From: Candidatus Eiseniibacteriota bacterium
GTDB lineage: Bacteria; Eisenbacteria; RBG-16-71-46; CAVPCR01
DNA length: 64,000 nucleotides
Reading direction: 5' to 3'
Assembly: GCA_963823555.1 (NCBI GenBank)
Contig: CAWGMA010000001.1
Span: 64,001 to 128,000 of the forward strand
The notes beneath the pieces were generated by a model. The model searched no databases, was not told where the DNA came from, and saw only the letters and a program-made list of their open reading frames with translations. This document shows, piece by piece, positions 9,117 to 20,100 of the stretch (position 1 is its first letter; each line of letters begins with the position of its first letter). The translations under genes were made by a program, and so were the position numbers.

Positions 9117-10232
9117 ATGAATCGGCATACCATTCCCGTCGGCCGCATCCTCGGCATCCCGATCACACTCGACATCTCGTGGTTCCTCGTCTTCGTGCTC
9201 TTCACCTGGATGCTTGCGGGGAGCTACTTCCCCGAGGAGTTTCCGGGATGGCCGGCGGCGCAGTACTGGGTGGTGGCGGCGGTGACCGCTCTTCTCCTCT
9301 ATGTCTGTGTTGTTCTTCACGAGCTGGGGCATTCCGTCGTGGCGATGCATTTCCGCACCCGGGTCAGGAGCATCAACCTCTTCGTGTTCGGGGGTGTGGC
9401 TCAGCTCGAAGGTGAACCACCGAGCGCGCACGCAGAGTTCTGGATTGCGATCGCCGGACCGATCGTGAGCTTCGCCCTGGCCCTCGTGTTCCTTGCCGCC
9501 GAGCGCAACCTGGCCCCGGTTCCAGCCCTCTTCGCCGCGGCGAAGTACCTCGCCCTGATCAACGGCTCGCTCGCCGTCTTCAACCTGATTCCGGGATTCC
9601 CGCTCGACGGCGGTCGCGTCTTTCGCGCCATCGTCTGGGCGGTGCGGAAGGATTTTCAGCAAGCAACGCTGGTCGCGGCCGGTGTCGGCCGTTTCATTGC
9701 CTTTCTCTTCATTCTTGGCGGCGTGTTCCTCATGTTCAGCGGGAACCTGGGCGGCGGCTTGTGGATCGCCTTCATCGGCTGGTTTCTCGACTCGGCTGCC
9801 GTCATGCAGGTGCACCATGTCCTGGTTCGCGGGCTTCTGGCCGGGCATCGTGTCGCCGATGCTCTGAGTCGAGACTATGTCTACGTCCCGGATGATCTGG
9901 TTCTCCAGGAACTCATCGACAACCACATCCTGGGTGGACGCCGCGCCTTCATCGTCAAGCGCGGCGATGACATCGTCGGGTTGCTGACCCTGCACCACAT
10001 GCAGCGCGTGGCGCGCGAGGCATGGCCCGGGACAACCGTAGGCGCCGTCATGATTCCCATCGCCGAGGTCAAGTCGGTGGAGCCGGAATCGGGGCTGGAT
10101 GAGGCCCTCGAGCTCATGGATCGGTCAGGTGTGAACCAGCTTCCGGTGATGACTCGCGGCCGCATGGTGGGCATGCTGAGCCGCGAGGATCTGATCAGCT
10201 TCCTGCGGCATCTGAAGACCCGAGCCCGTTGA
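9117..10232 (+). CDS. Site-2 (M50) intramembrane metalloprotease with tandem CBS domains
   Basis: GGGAGG RBS; HELGH, IAIAGP and NLIPGFPLDGGR motifs; C-terminal CBS pair. Confidence 0.93.
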   Translation: MNRHTIPVGRILGIPITLDISWFLVFVLFTWMLAGSYFPEEFPGWPAAQYWVVAAVTALLLYVCVVLHELGHSVVAMHFRTRVRSINLFVFGGVAQLEGEPPSAHAEFWIAIAGPIVSFALALVFLAAERNLAPVPALFAAAKYLALINGSLAVFNLIPGFPLDGGRVFRAIVWAVRKDFQQATLVAAGVGRFIAFLFILGGVFLMFSGNLGGGLWIAFIGWFLDSAAVMQVHHVLVRGLLAGHRVADALSRDYVYVPDDLVLQELIDNHILGGRRAFIVKRGDDIVGLLTLHHMQRVAREAWPGTTVGAVMIPIAEVKSVEPESGLDEALELMDRSGVNQLPVMTRGRMVGMLSREDLISFLRHLKTRAR

Positions 10233-10304
10233 CCGGAGCCGCGGGATTCCAGCTCGCTTGCCCGCCTGCCGGGGCGTGGGCCGCCCGCGGTGTGCTGGAT
10301 GCTC

Positions 10305-11111
10305 CTAGTGACGGCGGGCGGCCAGGGCGGCCGCGAAGGCACTGGAGGTCGCGCACTCGAGCTGGGCGTCGGCCTCGGCTCCCAGTGCCTCGGCCAGGCT
10401 CCGGAATCCGCTCTCCCGCACCAGGTGCCGGGCCAGGCGAGCCGCAGGCCGCGGTGTGGCGGCCAGGCGGCCGGCCAGTTCCCGTGCGGTGGCGACGAGA
10501 TCCTCGGGAGCGACAACGCGATTGAGGAGCCCGGCATCGAACGCCGATTGGGCGTCGAGCGCTTCCCCGAGGAGGATCATCTCCAGGGCGCGCCCGGTGC
10601 CGATGAGGCGTGGCAGGTGGTAGGTCCCGCCCCCGTCGGGGACGAGGCCCATGTTGACGAAGGCCGAGGCGATCTTCACCCGGTTCGTGGCCACGCGGAG
10701 ATCGCAAGCCAGGGCCAGATCGAGACCGGCTCCGGTGGCGAATCCGTTCATGACAGCGAGCGTCGGTGCTGCAAAGTCGCTCAGCCGGCGAATCACTCGC
10801 TGGAAGAGCGGGAGCAGGGTGAGGAAGCGGAGCCTCCGGGATTGGGCATCTCCCGCATCGAGGGTGCCGAGATCGGCACCGAAGCAGAAGGCCCGACCCG
10901 CACCGGCGATGACGAGCGTCTTCACGCGCTCCACCCGGGCTTCCGGCTCCAGCCGCGCAATGGCCTGGTCGAGAGTGGTGAGAAGCGCTTCATCGAGTGC
11001 ATTGAGCGCCCGGGGCCGATTCAGCGTGAGCCAGACGATCTCACCGTCGCGCGTCTCGAGGAGCACCTCTTCCGCCTGCACCTTGCCGCCTGTCGATTCT
11101 TTCACCGCCAT
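10305..11111 (-). CDS. Enoyl-CoA hydratase/isomerase family protein
   Basis: LNRPRALNAL, AFCFGADL, GAGLDLALACD and GLVPDGG motifs. Confidence 0.92.
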   Translation of the reverse strand: MAVKESTGGKVQAEEVLLETRDGEIVWLTLNRPRALNALDEALLTTLDQAIARLEPEARVERVKTLVIAGAGRAFCFGADLGTLDAGDAQSRRLRFLTLLPLFQRVIRRLSDFAAPTLAVMNGFATGAGLDLALACDLRVATNRVKIASAFVNMGLVPDGGGTYHLPRLIGTGRALEMILLGEALDAQSAFDAGLLNRVVAPEDLVATARELAGRLAATPRPAARLARHLVRESGFRSLAEALGAEADAQLECATSSAFAAALAARRH

Positions 11112-11112
11112 C

Positions 11113-11526
11113 TCAGATCCTCTGGTGATCAAGACGCCCCAATCGGTTCTCGATCTCGAGCGCACCGCCGAACAGGAACTCGATGCCGATCAGGTGGCCG
11201 GCACCGTCGAAGTCGAGGATGGCATCCCAGGGCAACACGCTCGCCGGTTCCTCGAGTGCCCAGCGGAAGGTCAACACGTTGCGCCGTTCATCGTGCTCCG
11301 TCGTGATCTCGGGAGCGTTCTTGCGCACGTGGGTGAGAGCCGGTACCAGATCGATGACCGTTCCATCGGGCATCGGCTCGATGATCTCGAAGCCGATCCA
11401 TTGATGCTCTACATCGAAAAGCATGCGCATCGGTACTTCGGGCAGCGAGCGCTCGGCCACGCCCGGATTGACCGTCGTGAAGTAGATGTAGAGGTCCTTG
11501 CCCTCTGGGCTGTACGTCACCACCAT
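11113..11526 (-). CDS. Tandem DUF2283-like domain protein
   Basis: GAGGAG RBS; two repeats (TYSPEGKDLYIYF...FDVEHQWIGFEII and EHDERRNVLTF...DFDGAGHLIGIEFL); the real gene is only the 3' end of track ORF 11113..12975. Confidence 0.65.
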   Translation of the reverse strand: MVVTYSPEGKDLYIYFTTVNPGVAERSLPEVPMRMLFDVEHQWIGFEIIEPMPDGTVIDLVPALTHVRKNAPEITTEHDERRNVLTFRWALEEPASVLPWDAILDFDGAGHLIGIEFLFGGALEIENRLGRLDHQRI

Positions 11527-11742
11527 CGGCCGCTCCTCGGCCTCCCCCGCGAGGCCTGGCCCCTGGTCCGCTTCTCTGGTCAAATGTGCTCGAGCAAGAG
11601 CAAGGTAGCGGGTTCTCGGCGCCCTGAGAACCGGAAAGATGCCGGGCATGAGCTGAGAGTCCTCATGACATCGGGGGCCTTGATGCGTGGTAGGATACGA
11701 GCCGACGCCCCCCCGAGCTCCACGTAACCACGGCCATCCATC

Positions 11743-14640
11743 ATGATTCGAGCGTTCAGTTCCGCCCGCATTCTCGTCATGCCGGTTCTCTTGACCGCCG
11801 GGATCCTGCTGCCCGCCGCCCCCGCCGGGAGCGATCAGGCGACCGGTCGCACGGCGATCGCCGAGGCCCGGATGGAGATCCGCCACGGTCGGGAGAGCGC
11901 CGCGCTTCGTCTCCTTGCTCCGCTCTTCGGTGATCCCGTGGTCGGTGGCGAGGCGGGCGGTGCGGCCCTCTGGGCCATGCGCCAGGCCGGTCAGTGGAAT
12001 GAGCTCCGGGCCCTCGCGGCGTCGGTTCCGCCCGATGCGGATCCGCGGCTCGTGGGGAGGGCCGCCGAGTCGCTGGCAGACCTGGGTGATGATGCAATGG
12101 CCGAGTCGCTGCTGGAACAGGCCCTGGCCATTCACAAGGAAGCCAGTCCCCCGTATCAGGTTCCGCTCCACGTCGCCCGCGGTTACATCGCCGAAGGTCG
12201 CGGTGAGCGCGCCCGGGCCCGAGCCGCGTACGCCCTGGCGCCTGCCGGCGCTCCCGACTCCCTGCCGGACACGTTCTCTTCGCCGCTCGGCGCGGCCCGG
12301 GTTCTGGCGCCCGCCGATTCCGCAGCACCCGGCCCCAAGCTGGATCTCGATGCCGCACAAAGGGCCGATGCGATCGTGCTCGCCGGTCGTGCTGCCCGGG
12401 GGCGCGGCGAGTTTCAGGAGGCCAAGAATCTCTTCGAGCGAGCGCGAGAGATCGATCCGGGCCATGAAGAGGCACCTCTGGTGCTGGCCGCCCTTCTTCT
12501 GGAGAAGCACGAGACGCAGCTGGCGCGCACGGCCTTGCGCTCGACTCTTGGGGCCAACCCCCGGAACGCCGATGCCGGCCTCTTGCTCGCGCGCACGCAT
12601 CTTGCCGATGGGCGCTATCGAGAAGTCGAGGCTACCAGCCAGAAGGTGCTCGCCATCGACGCCCATCACCCGGGAGCGCTCGAGCTCCTGGCCATGCTCG
12701 ACCTGGCTGATGGGGACCTGGATGCCGCCGAGGAGCGCATCAGCGCCGCCCTGGCCGTGGTTCCCGAGAGGCGCTCCATGCTCGCGCTCCGGGCCGGGCT
12801 TCGTGTCCAGAGCGGAGAACGGGCCCGTGGCGAGCGTGAGATCGAGACCATCCTGGCCGCGGCACCGAGCTATGCCGATGCCTACTACATCGTCGGCGGT
12901 TGTCTCGATCGGTTGCGACGCTACCGCGAGGCGGCGGAGTTCTACGAACGAGCGCTGGTCATCGATCCCGAGCATGCTGCTGCCGCCAATGCGCTCGGTC
13001 TGTCGGCGATGCGTGATGGTCGCGAGGAGGACGCGGCCAGGTGGCTCGATCGCGGATTCGCCCTCGATTCATTCAACATCCGCACCTACAACATGCGGCT
13101 CCTGCTGAAGAAGCTCGAAACCTATCACCGGTTCGAAACCCCGCATTTCATCCTGAAGCTCGATGAGCAGGACCTCGCGCTGGCGCCGCTCCTCGGCTCG
13201 TACATGGAGGAAGTCCATGCCGACCTCTGCGCCCGCTTCGGTTTCCAGCCCGAGCGCAAGACGACGATCGAGATCTTCTCCGAACCCGATCTCCTGTCCG
13301 CGCGCCTGATCGGCCTGCCGGGTATCGAGGGCATTCCCGGCGCTTGCTTCGGACCGGTCATCGCCATGGACTCGCCGCGATTGTGGAACGGGAAGATCAA
13401 CTGGCGAACCGTGGCGCGCCACGAGTTCGGCCACGTGCTCGCGCTCACCGAAACCGAGAAGCAGGTCCCTTTCTGGTTCACGGAGGGGCTCTCCGTTGTG
13501 CTCGAAGGTTACCCGCCCTCGATCGCCGGCGACCGTGTCGCTCGCTGGGCCCTGCTCGAGGATGAGCTCATTCCCTTCACCGAGCTCAATCACGGCTTCA
13601 CCAGGCCGAAGACCCCGCTGCATCGCACGCTCGCCTACTATCAGTCGTCGTTCGCGGTGCGGCGCCTCATCGACCGCTACGGCTTCGATGCCGTACTCGG
13701 TCTCCTCGATGAGTATGCCGCCGGGAGCACCAACGCCGAGGCCATCGCCAACCGCTTCCACATCACCGAGGCCGAATGGGCGGCTGATGTCGACCAGGCG
13801 ATCCGAGCCCATGTCATGACGCTACCGGTGTGGGCGCTCGGATCCGGTGAACGACTCACCGAGCGCGTGCACGAGGCGGAAGCCAGACCAGGGGATCTCG
13901 ACGCTCGCACGCGCATGGCCGAGGAGTGGTTCCAGTCGGGGGAGCTCGAGACCGCGGTCAGCGAGGCGCTTGCCGTGCTCGAAGCCGACTCGACCCAGAC
14001 CGAGGCCCGGCTCCTCCTCGGTCATGCCCTCATGCTCGAGGGCGATTTTGCCGGCGCTGCCCAGCATCTCGGGCGTCTACTCGATCGCCACCCGGTGAAC
14101 TACCTCGTCGTTCGCGACCTCGGCATCATCTATGCCGAGCTGGGCGAGGATGAGGCCGCGATCGCATACCTCACGGAAGCGATCCGCGCCTATCCCGTGG
14201 ATCCCGAGCCCTATCGGAAGCTCGCCGCCGTCCATGAGCGGGCCGGGGAGTTCAAGAAGGCGGTACATGTCCTGGCCGAGCTGGCGGCGGTGGAGGAGGC
14301 TCCGAGCGATGACCTCGCGGCCCTGGCTGCGCTCTGCCGGGAGCAGGGGCTCCGGGACGAGGAAGCGGCGGCACTCGAGCAGAACCTCGCCGTGCGCCCG
14401 TTCGATCGGGATACGGTGAGCCGGCTCGCGAACCTCTATCGCGAGACGGGGGACGCCGCGCTCGCCGTACGCACCTACGAGGTGCTGTGCCTCCTCGATC
14501 CGGACAGCGTGGAGGCGCACACCGTCCTGGTCGAGCTCGCCCTGGCTCACGGACCACAGGAAACCGCCCGGCGCTATGCCGGGCGGCTCCAGGAGCTCGA
14601 TCCAGCGAACGACCTGGCCCGGCGCGTCCTCACCCAGTGA
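11743..14640 (+). CDS. Secreted TPR-repeat protein with central peptidase MA-like (gluzincin) domain
   Basis: Signal peptide; many TPR-like helices; HEFGH followed by PFWFTEGLS and LAYYQS. Confidence 0.85.
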   Translation: MIRAFSSARILVMPVLLTAGILLPAAPAGSDQATGRTAIAEARMEIRHGRESAALRLLAPLFGDPVVGGEAGGAALWAMRQAGQWNELRALAASVPPDADPRLVGRAAESLADLGDDAMAESLLEQALAIHKEASPPYQVPLHVARGYIAEGRGERARARAAYALAPAGAPDSLPDTFSSPLGAARVLAPADSAAPGPKLDLDAAQRADAIVLAGRAARGRGEFQEAKNLFERAREIDPGHEEAPLVLAALLLEKHETQLARTALRSTLGANPRNADAGLLLARTHLADGRYREVEATSQKVLAIDAHHPGALELLAMLDLADGDLDAAEERISAALAVVPERRSMLALRAGLRVQSGERARGEREIETILAAAPSYADAYYIVGGCLDRLRRYREAAEFYERALVIDPEHAAAANALGLSAMRDGREEDAARWLDRGFALDSFNIRTYNMRLLLKKLETYHRFETPHFILKLDEQDLALAPLLGSYMEEVHADLCARFGFQPERKTTIEIFSEPDLLSARLIGLPGIEGIPGACFGPVIAMDSPRLWNGKINWRTVARHEFGHVLALTETEKQVPFWFTEGLSVVLEGYPPSIAGDRVARWALLEDELIPFTELNHGFTRPKTPLHRTLAYYQSSFAVRRLIDRYGFDAVLGLLDEYAAGSTNAEAIANRFHITEAEWAADVDQAIRAHVMTLPVWALGSGERLTERVHEAEARPGDLDARTRMAEEWFQSGELETAVSEALAVLEADSTQTEARLLLGHALMLEGDFAGAAQHLGRLLDRHPVNYLVVRDLGIIYAELGEDEAAIAYLTEAIRAYPVDPEPYRKLAAVHERAGEFKKAVHVLAELAAVEEAPSDDLAALAALCREQGLRDEEAAALEQNLAVRPFDRDTVSRLANLYRETGDAALAVRTYEVLCLLDPDSVEAHTVLVELALAHGPQETARRYAGRLQELDPANDLARRVLTQ

Positions 14641-14670
14641 GAGACGGGGCGCGCCGCGAGTTCAATCGGA

Positions 14671-15522
14671 CTACGGCTCCTTGAGTTGGGCGGCCAGGAA
14701 CGCCTGCACTTCCTTCCAGGCCGCGCCGGCGTTCTTCTGGTCGTAGTTGCCGCTCGACGGGTTGGCGAAGGCGTGATCGGCGTCGTAGCGCAGGATCTGA
14801 TGCGAAACTCCAGCCAAGGTGAGGGCGGCGTCGAAATCGTTGACCGTGGCCGCGGGAATGCTCTCGTCGCGATTGCCGAAGATGCCCAGAACATCCGCCT
14901 TGATCAGCTTGACCTGATCGGCCTCGGTCACCAGGCGCCCATAGTAGATCACGGCGGCATCCAGCTGTGACGCATGGAGCGCCAGTTGCAGGGACATGCC
15001 GCCACCGAAGCACCAGCCGATGGATGCCATGCGCTCGGCCTGGACGCGCGGATCGGTGGTCAGGAAGTAGAGCGCGCCCAGCATGATGTCGAGGGCCTGC
15101 TTGTCATCCACCGCGCGCATATAGGCCATCGCCGAGTCGGCGGTGGCGGCCACCTTGCCGCCGTAGAGATCCACGGCCAGCGCTGCGTAGCCTTCGGCGG
15201 CCAGGCGATCGGTCCAGTGCTTGATGTGGTCGTTGAGTCCCCACCACTCGTGGATGACGATGATGCCGGGAAGCGGAGCCTTGGCCTGCGGCGGGAGGCT
15301 CAGGTAGGCGTGACCGCCGGCGAGATCGATCATCTCACCCTTGGCTGCCGGCGCCTTCTCGGTCGTGAGGCTGTGCAATGCCTTGAACTCCTCCTCGGAG
15401 ACCGAGCCGGTGAGGCCGCCGTATCCGACGTGTTCCGTCTGGGCCTCGCTGGCGGGAGGCCACGATCCGATGGCGCCCAGGGTGAGCGCGGCAAGCAAAC
15501 CATACCGGAACATAGCGTGCAT
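14671..15522 (-). CDS. Exported dienelactone hydrolase family protein
   Basis: GGAGGT RBS; signal peptide; HEWWGLN, GWCFGG nucleophile, HAFAN. Confidence 0.92.
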   Translation of the reverse strand: MHAMFRYGLLAALTLGAIGSWPPASEAQTEHVGYGGLTGSVSEEEFKALHSLTTEKAPAAKGEMIDLAGGHAYLSLPPQAKAPLPGIIVIHEWWGLNDHIKHWTDRLAAEGYAALAVDLYGGKVAATADSAMAYMRAVDDKQALDIMLGALYFLTTDPRVQAERMASIGWCFGGGMSLQLALHASQLDAAVIYYGRLVTEADQVKLIKADVLGIFGNRDESIPAATVNDFDAALTLAGVSHQILRYDADHAFANPSSGNYDQKNAGAAWKEVQAFLAAQLKEP

Positions 15523-15791
15523 CTCATTTACCTCCGGTCGATCAAGGGCGCCTGGCGGCGGCTCCTCGGCGGGACTCAGGTGGATCCAAGCTGACTGAGA
15601 TCGCATGGTATCACGGGCCGAGGGAGTTCGGGGTCGCGACGGGGCGGACCGCATGCTAGCCTCATTGGCGGCCGCGTCCAGGACGCAAGGACGGCGCCGC
15701 CCTGGAACGCCGGTCTCCCCGGCGTCTCGTTCCCGGATCCGTTCCCGACCTCAACCTTCACTCCGCCCCGTTTGTGGGCTTCGAGGCTGTC

Positions 15792-16976
15792 ATGACCAGC
15801 GAAGCCAATTCGCACTCGCCCATACCGCCTTCCCTGGTGCCCGGCCTCGCCGGCGTTCCTTGCGCCGAGTCGGCGATCAGCTTCATCGACGGCGAGCACG
15901 GGATTCTCGAGTACCGTGGGATCCCGATCCAGGAGCTGGCCGAGAACTCGACCTTCGAGGAGACGACCTATCTCCTCCTCTTTGGGAAGCTACCGACATC
16001 CGCCGAGCTCGAGAAGTTCACCCACGACCTCGTCTACCACCGGCGGATCAAGTTCCGTATCGTCGATCTTCTCAAGTGCCTCCCCGAAACCGGTCACCCC
16101 ATGGATGCGTTGCAGGCGGCGGTCGCAGCCCTCGGCATGTTCTATCCAGCCAAGAACGTGAGCGATCCCGAAGTGGCCTACATGTCGGCCGTACGCCTCA
16201 TCGCCAAGCTGCCGACCATCGTGGCGGCATTCCATCGCATTCGCCACGGTGACGATCCCATCCCGGCGCGGCGAGACATTCCGCATGCCGCCAATTTCCT
16301 CTTCATGCTGTCGGGCCAGGAGCCTGAGCCGCATATGGCGCGGATCATGGATGTCGCCCTGATCCTGCATGCCGATCACACGATGAATGCGTCGACCTTC
16401 TCCGCTCGCGTCGTGGGGTCGACCCTGGCCGATCCCTTCAGTGTCGTCTCGTCGGCGATCGGCTCCTTGACGGGTCCCTTGCACGGCGGTGCCAACGAGC
16501 GAGTCCTCGACTTCCTGCGTGAGATCGCCACCCCCGACCGCGTGGCTCCCACCATCGACGCCGCGCTGGCGCGCAAGGAGAAGATCATGGGGCTCGGCCA
16601 CCGCATCTACCACGTCAAGGATCCGCGCGCGGTGATGCTGCAGAAGCTCGCCGAGGGGCTCTTCACCCGCACCGGAAGGGAGCCGCTCTATGATCTGGCG
16701 GTGGAAGTGGAGCGAGTGGCTGCGGACCGGCTCGGGCCGCGCGGGATCTTCCCCAACGTCGATTTCTACTCGGGTGCCGTCTACGCGAAGATGGGGATCC
16801 CCCAGGATCTCTTCACACCGATCTTCGCCATCGGCCGTGTCTCCGGCTGGCTCGCCCACTGGCTCGAGATGCTGAAGAACAACCGCATCTACCGTCCCGG
16901 TCAGATCTATGTCGGCGAGCACGGCCGGTCCTGGGTGCCGATCGCCGAGCGCGTCGGAGACGCCGCGGACCGCTAG
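15792..16976 (+). CDS. Citrate synthase (short CitZ/PrpC-type)
   Basis: LHADH, GPLHGGANE, GLGHRIY and PNVDFYSG motifs. Confidence 0.95.
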   Translation: MTSEANSHSPIPPSLVPGLAGVPCAESAISFIDGEHGILEYRGIPIQELAENSTFEETTYLLLFGKLPTSAELEKFTHDLVYHRRIKFRIVDLLKCLPETGHPMDALQAAVAALGMFYPAKNVSDPEVAYMSAVRLIAKLPTIVAAFHRIRHGDDPIPARRDIPHAANFLFMLSGQEPEPHMARIMDVALILHADHTMNASTFSARVVGSTLADPFSVVSSAIGSLTGPLHGGANERVLDFLREIATPDRVAPTIDAALARKEKIMGLGHRIYHVKDPRAVMLQKLAEGLFTRTGREPLYDLAVEVERVAADRLGPRGIFPNVDFYSGAVYAKMGIPQDLFTPIFAIGRVSGWLAHWLEMLKNNRIYRPGQIYVGEHGRSWVPIAERVGDAADR

Positions 16977-17066
16977 ACTTCAGGGCTCGATGCTCCGCGG
17001 AACCCGGGATCGGGTTCCGCTCGGGCCGCCGAGGAGCGCCACCGCGACCAGAGCGAGGCGCAGCAG

Positions 17067-17100
17067 AAGAGCCCCCACCGCGAACGCGCCGGGGGCTCTT
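17067..17100. terminator. Hairpin terminator between convergent genes
   Basis: Inverted repeat AAGAGCCCCC...GGGGGCTCTT. Confidence 0.7.
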
Positions 17101-17145
17101 GTCTCTTGCGTGCGTCGTGACAGCGATCGCGTGCCGACGCTCGAA

Positions 17146-20100
17146 TCAACGTAGCATCGTCAATTTCTGCGTCGCGGTGAAGTCCCCGATCTGGATGCGG
17201 GCGAAGTAGACGCCCGAGGCCTGCACCGCCCCGCTCCCGCCGCGACCGTCCCAGGCCACGGTCTGCTGCCCGGTTTCCACCAATCCGTCCACCAGCCGGC
17301 GCAGGAGCCGGCCGTTGACATCATAGATGTCGAGCGTGACCTGTCGCGCTCCTCCCGCCTCGCCGGGGACGTCGAAGGCAAGCGTCGTCGCCGGGTTGAA
17401 TGGATTCGGACGCGCCGGATGGAACGCGGCTGTGGCGACCAGAGGCGCCGCCGCCGGCTCCTCGATCCCGATCTGCTGAGTGGGGGTGGTGAAACGACCC
17501 GTATTGCGGGTGTCGTGGCGGAAGAACGGCCACGGCAGAAGACTCGGGTTGAACGCCCCCGGCACCTCCCAGACATAGACCGTGGCATCGTAGCCCGCGA
17601 CCGCCACCTCGAGCAGCCCGTCGCGGTCGACATCCCAGAGGGCCGGCGTGCCGCGGACCTCGCCGTTGATCTGGATGGGGAAGCCGTTGGTCAGCGTCCC
17701 GTCATGATTGTAGCCGTGGAGTTTCCCCTTCTCGTCACCGAAGAGGATCTCCAGGCGACCGTCGCCGTCGATGTCGCCCACGGATGGAGTCGACTGCGTG
17801 GTCTGTGACGCCTGATCCGGCGTGTAGGCCACGGGGAAGCCGGGAAGCGGCGAGCCCGAGCGATTCCAGGCGCGGAGCATGCCGTCGGTGTCCGCGAAGA
17901 CCACGTCGAGATAGGTGTCGGCGTCGATATCAGCGACGACCGGGGATGGGAGGCGGGCGTCGGGCGTGTACGCCGGGGCGAACTGCGGCCAGCCCGCGCG
18001 CACCGATCCGTCGCGGCTCAGGACGTAGACTCTCCCGCCGTCGCGCTCGGCGGAGAAGATCACCTCGTCCGTGCCGTTGCGATCGATGTCCGCCACCGCG
18101 ATCGACGAACTGACCTGCGATGGATTCTGAGCGCTGCCGCTCAGGAAGGGCCAGCCGAGGACTCCGGTGCCGTCGATGTTGAAGGCATAGACGGCTCCTG
18201 TGTTCCCCGTCGAGTAGTTGGCGGAACAGAGGATCTCGAGCTGGGGATCCTGATCGAGCTGGGCGACGGCGGCGCTGCCATAGCAGAAGGAGATCCCGGT
18301 GACCTGGGCGAGGACGCCGTTGGTCGCCGGATTGTTGTCCCCGTTGGCGACTTCCTGCCCGGTGTGGTGCCAGGCGAAGAGCCGACCCCCACCGGCGGCC
18401 CAGACCACGATCTCGAGATCGCCGTCGCCGTCGAGGTCCGCCATCAAGGGCGATCCCCAGTTGAGATCGTCCATGACCCACTTCGGCCAGCCAGGAAGCG
18501 GTACGCCGCGGAAGTCCCACAGGAAGAGGCTGTCCGCCGTGAAGCCGACGTTGGCGACTTCCTGGAAGCCGTTGCCGTTCACGTCTCCCACGGCTGGCGC
18601 AGCCGCGAAGCCCGCGGTGATGCTCCGTTTGCCGAGGAGCGAGAAGGGCCCGTTGGTGCGCGGATCCTCATCACCGTCGGTGACCTCGGTGCCGTCCCCG
18701 TGCCAGGCGTACTGCATGTCGGACCCCACCAACATCTCGATATGCTGGCCCTGATCGATGTCGGCAACAGTGATCGAGGATGAAGTCTGCTGAGTGACTT
18801 CCTGGGGCCAGCCGCTCGCGATGGCAGGGTTGGTCGTGCCGGAGAAGACAGGGGAGGGCACCGACTCGTTGTACGAGGAGTCCCGGGCCACGATCTTGTA
18901 GTAGAAGCGAGTGAGGCCGGGCAGGTTCAGGTCCTCGAATGCCGACGTTCCATCCACGGTGAAGTTGTTGATGCGGTTGAATGGGCCGCCCGCGGCATCG
19001 GCTCGATAGATGTCATAGCCCCTCACGTCCGTCGCCGGCGAACGCTTCCAGGTGAGGCGGATCGCCGAGGGCGAGCCAAAGGCATTGAAGCTATCGGCGG
19101 CGGCCGGGGCGAGTACATCGAGGTACTGGAGCGGGGCCTGGCCCAGGGCGTCCGCGAGTCGCAGTTCGAGAAGCACGGTGGTTGGATCGGCCTGTCCGCT
19201 CAGCGTGAACGCGAACCGATCTCCCTCTGTCTCCTGGCCTGCGCCCAGCGTCCCGAAGCTCGATGTCCCGTCCGTCACCGTGACCTCGGGGTGCGGTTGA
19301 CGGTCCGAGACGCGCAGCGCCCGGAGCGTACCGGTCACACCCACGGCACGGTCCTGACCCGTGTTCCTGAGTGTCACGCGGTAGTAGATCTCTTCTCCGG
19401 CCTCGATGACTCCGTTGCCGTTGCCGCGCGGCGCGGCGTCGTCCGCGACGTGCTTGTAGTGCTCGAGGTATGGGCGGCGGATCGGCAGTACGAGAGCGTC
19501 GGTCCATGTGCCCTGGCCCCCGCTCGCCGCCAGGGTGAACACCGGCTGATAGGCCACCGGGGCATTGACCGCGATCGAAACCAGGAAGGCCGCTGTACCC
19601 TGGGAGCTGCCTCCCGGAGAGATCGTTCCGTAGTTGACCGTGGGTTGCAGGATGGTGATGGCGTTCTCTGGATCGTTGTCGGCCAGCGTGCCCACCAATC
19701 CCGTCACCTGGGCGCCGCCCGAATTGCGCAGCGTCACCCTGAGCTCGATGGTCTCGCCGGCATCGGCCTGGCCGTCACCGTCGCCGATGCTCTGGCCGAT
19801 GTTGTCATCATCGACCACAAAGGACGCCACGTGCACGTAGGGTCCGCTGCCCGCCGCCACGCCGATCTGGCCGCTGTAGGCCTTGTAGTAGCTCTTGTGA
19901 ACCGTGAGCTCCATGAACCCCTGAGTCTGGGCCTCGATGGGGAGCTGCGCCAGGCCGCTGGCTGCCGTCACGCCCCGGACATAGGTCTCGGTTCCCTTGA
20001 GCAAGGTCACCGTCGCCCCGGCCACCGGACTGCCCTGGGCCGTCACCGTGACCGCCAGCGGCGATCCGCCGATGGCGACCGACGACGCGTGCGCTACCTG

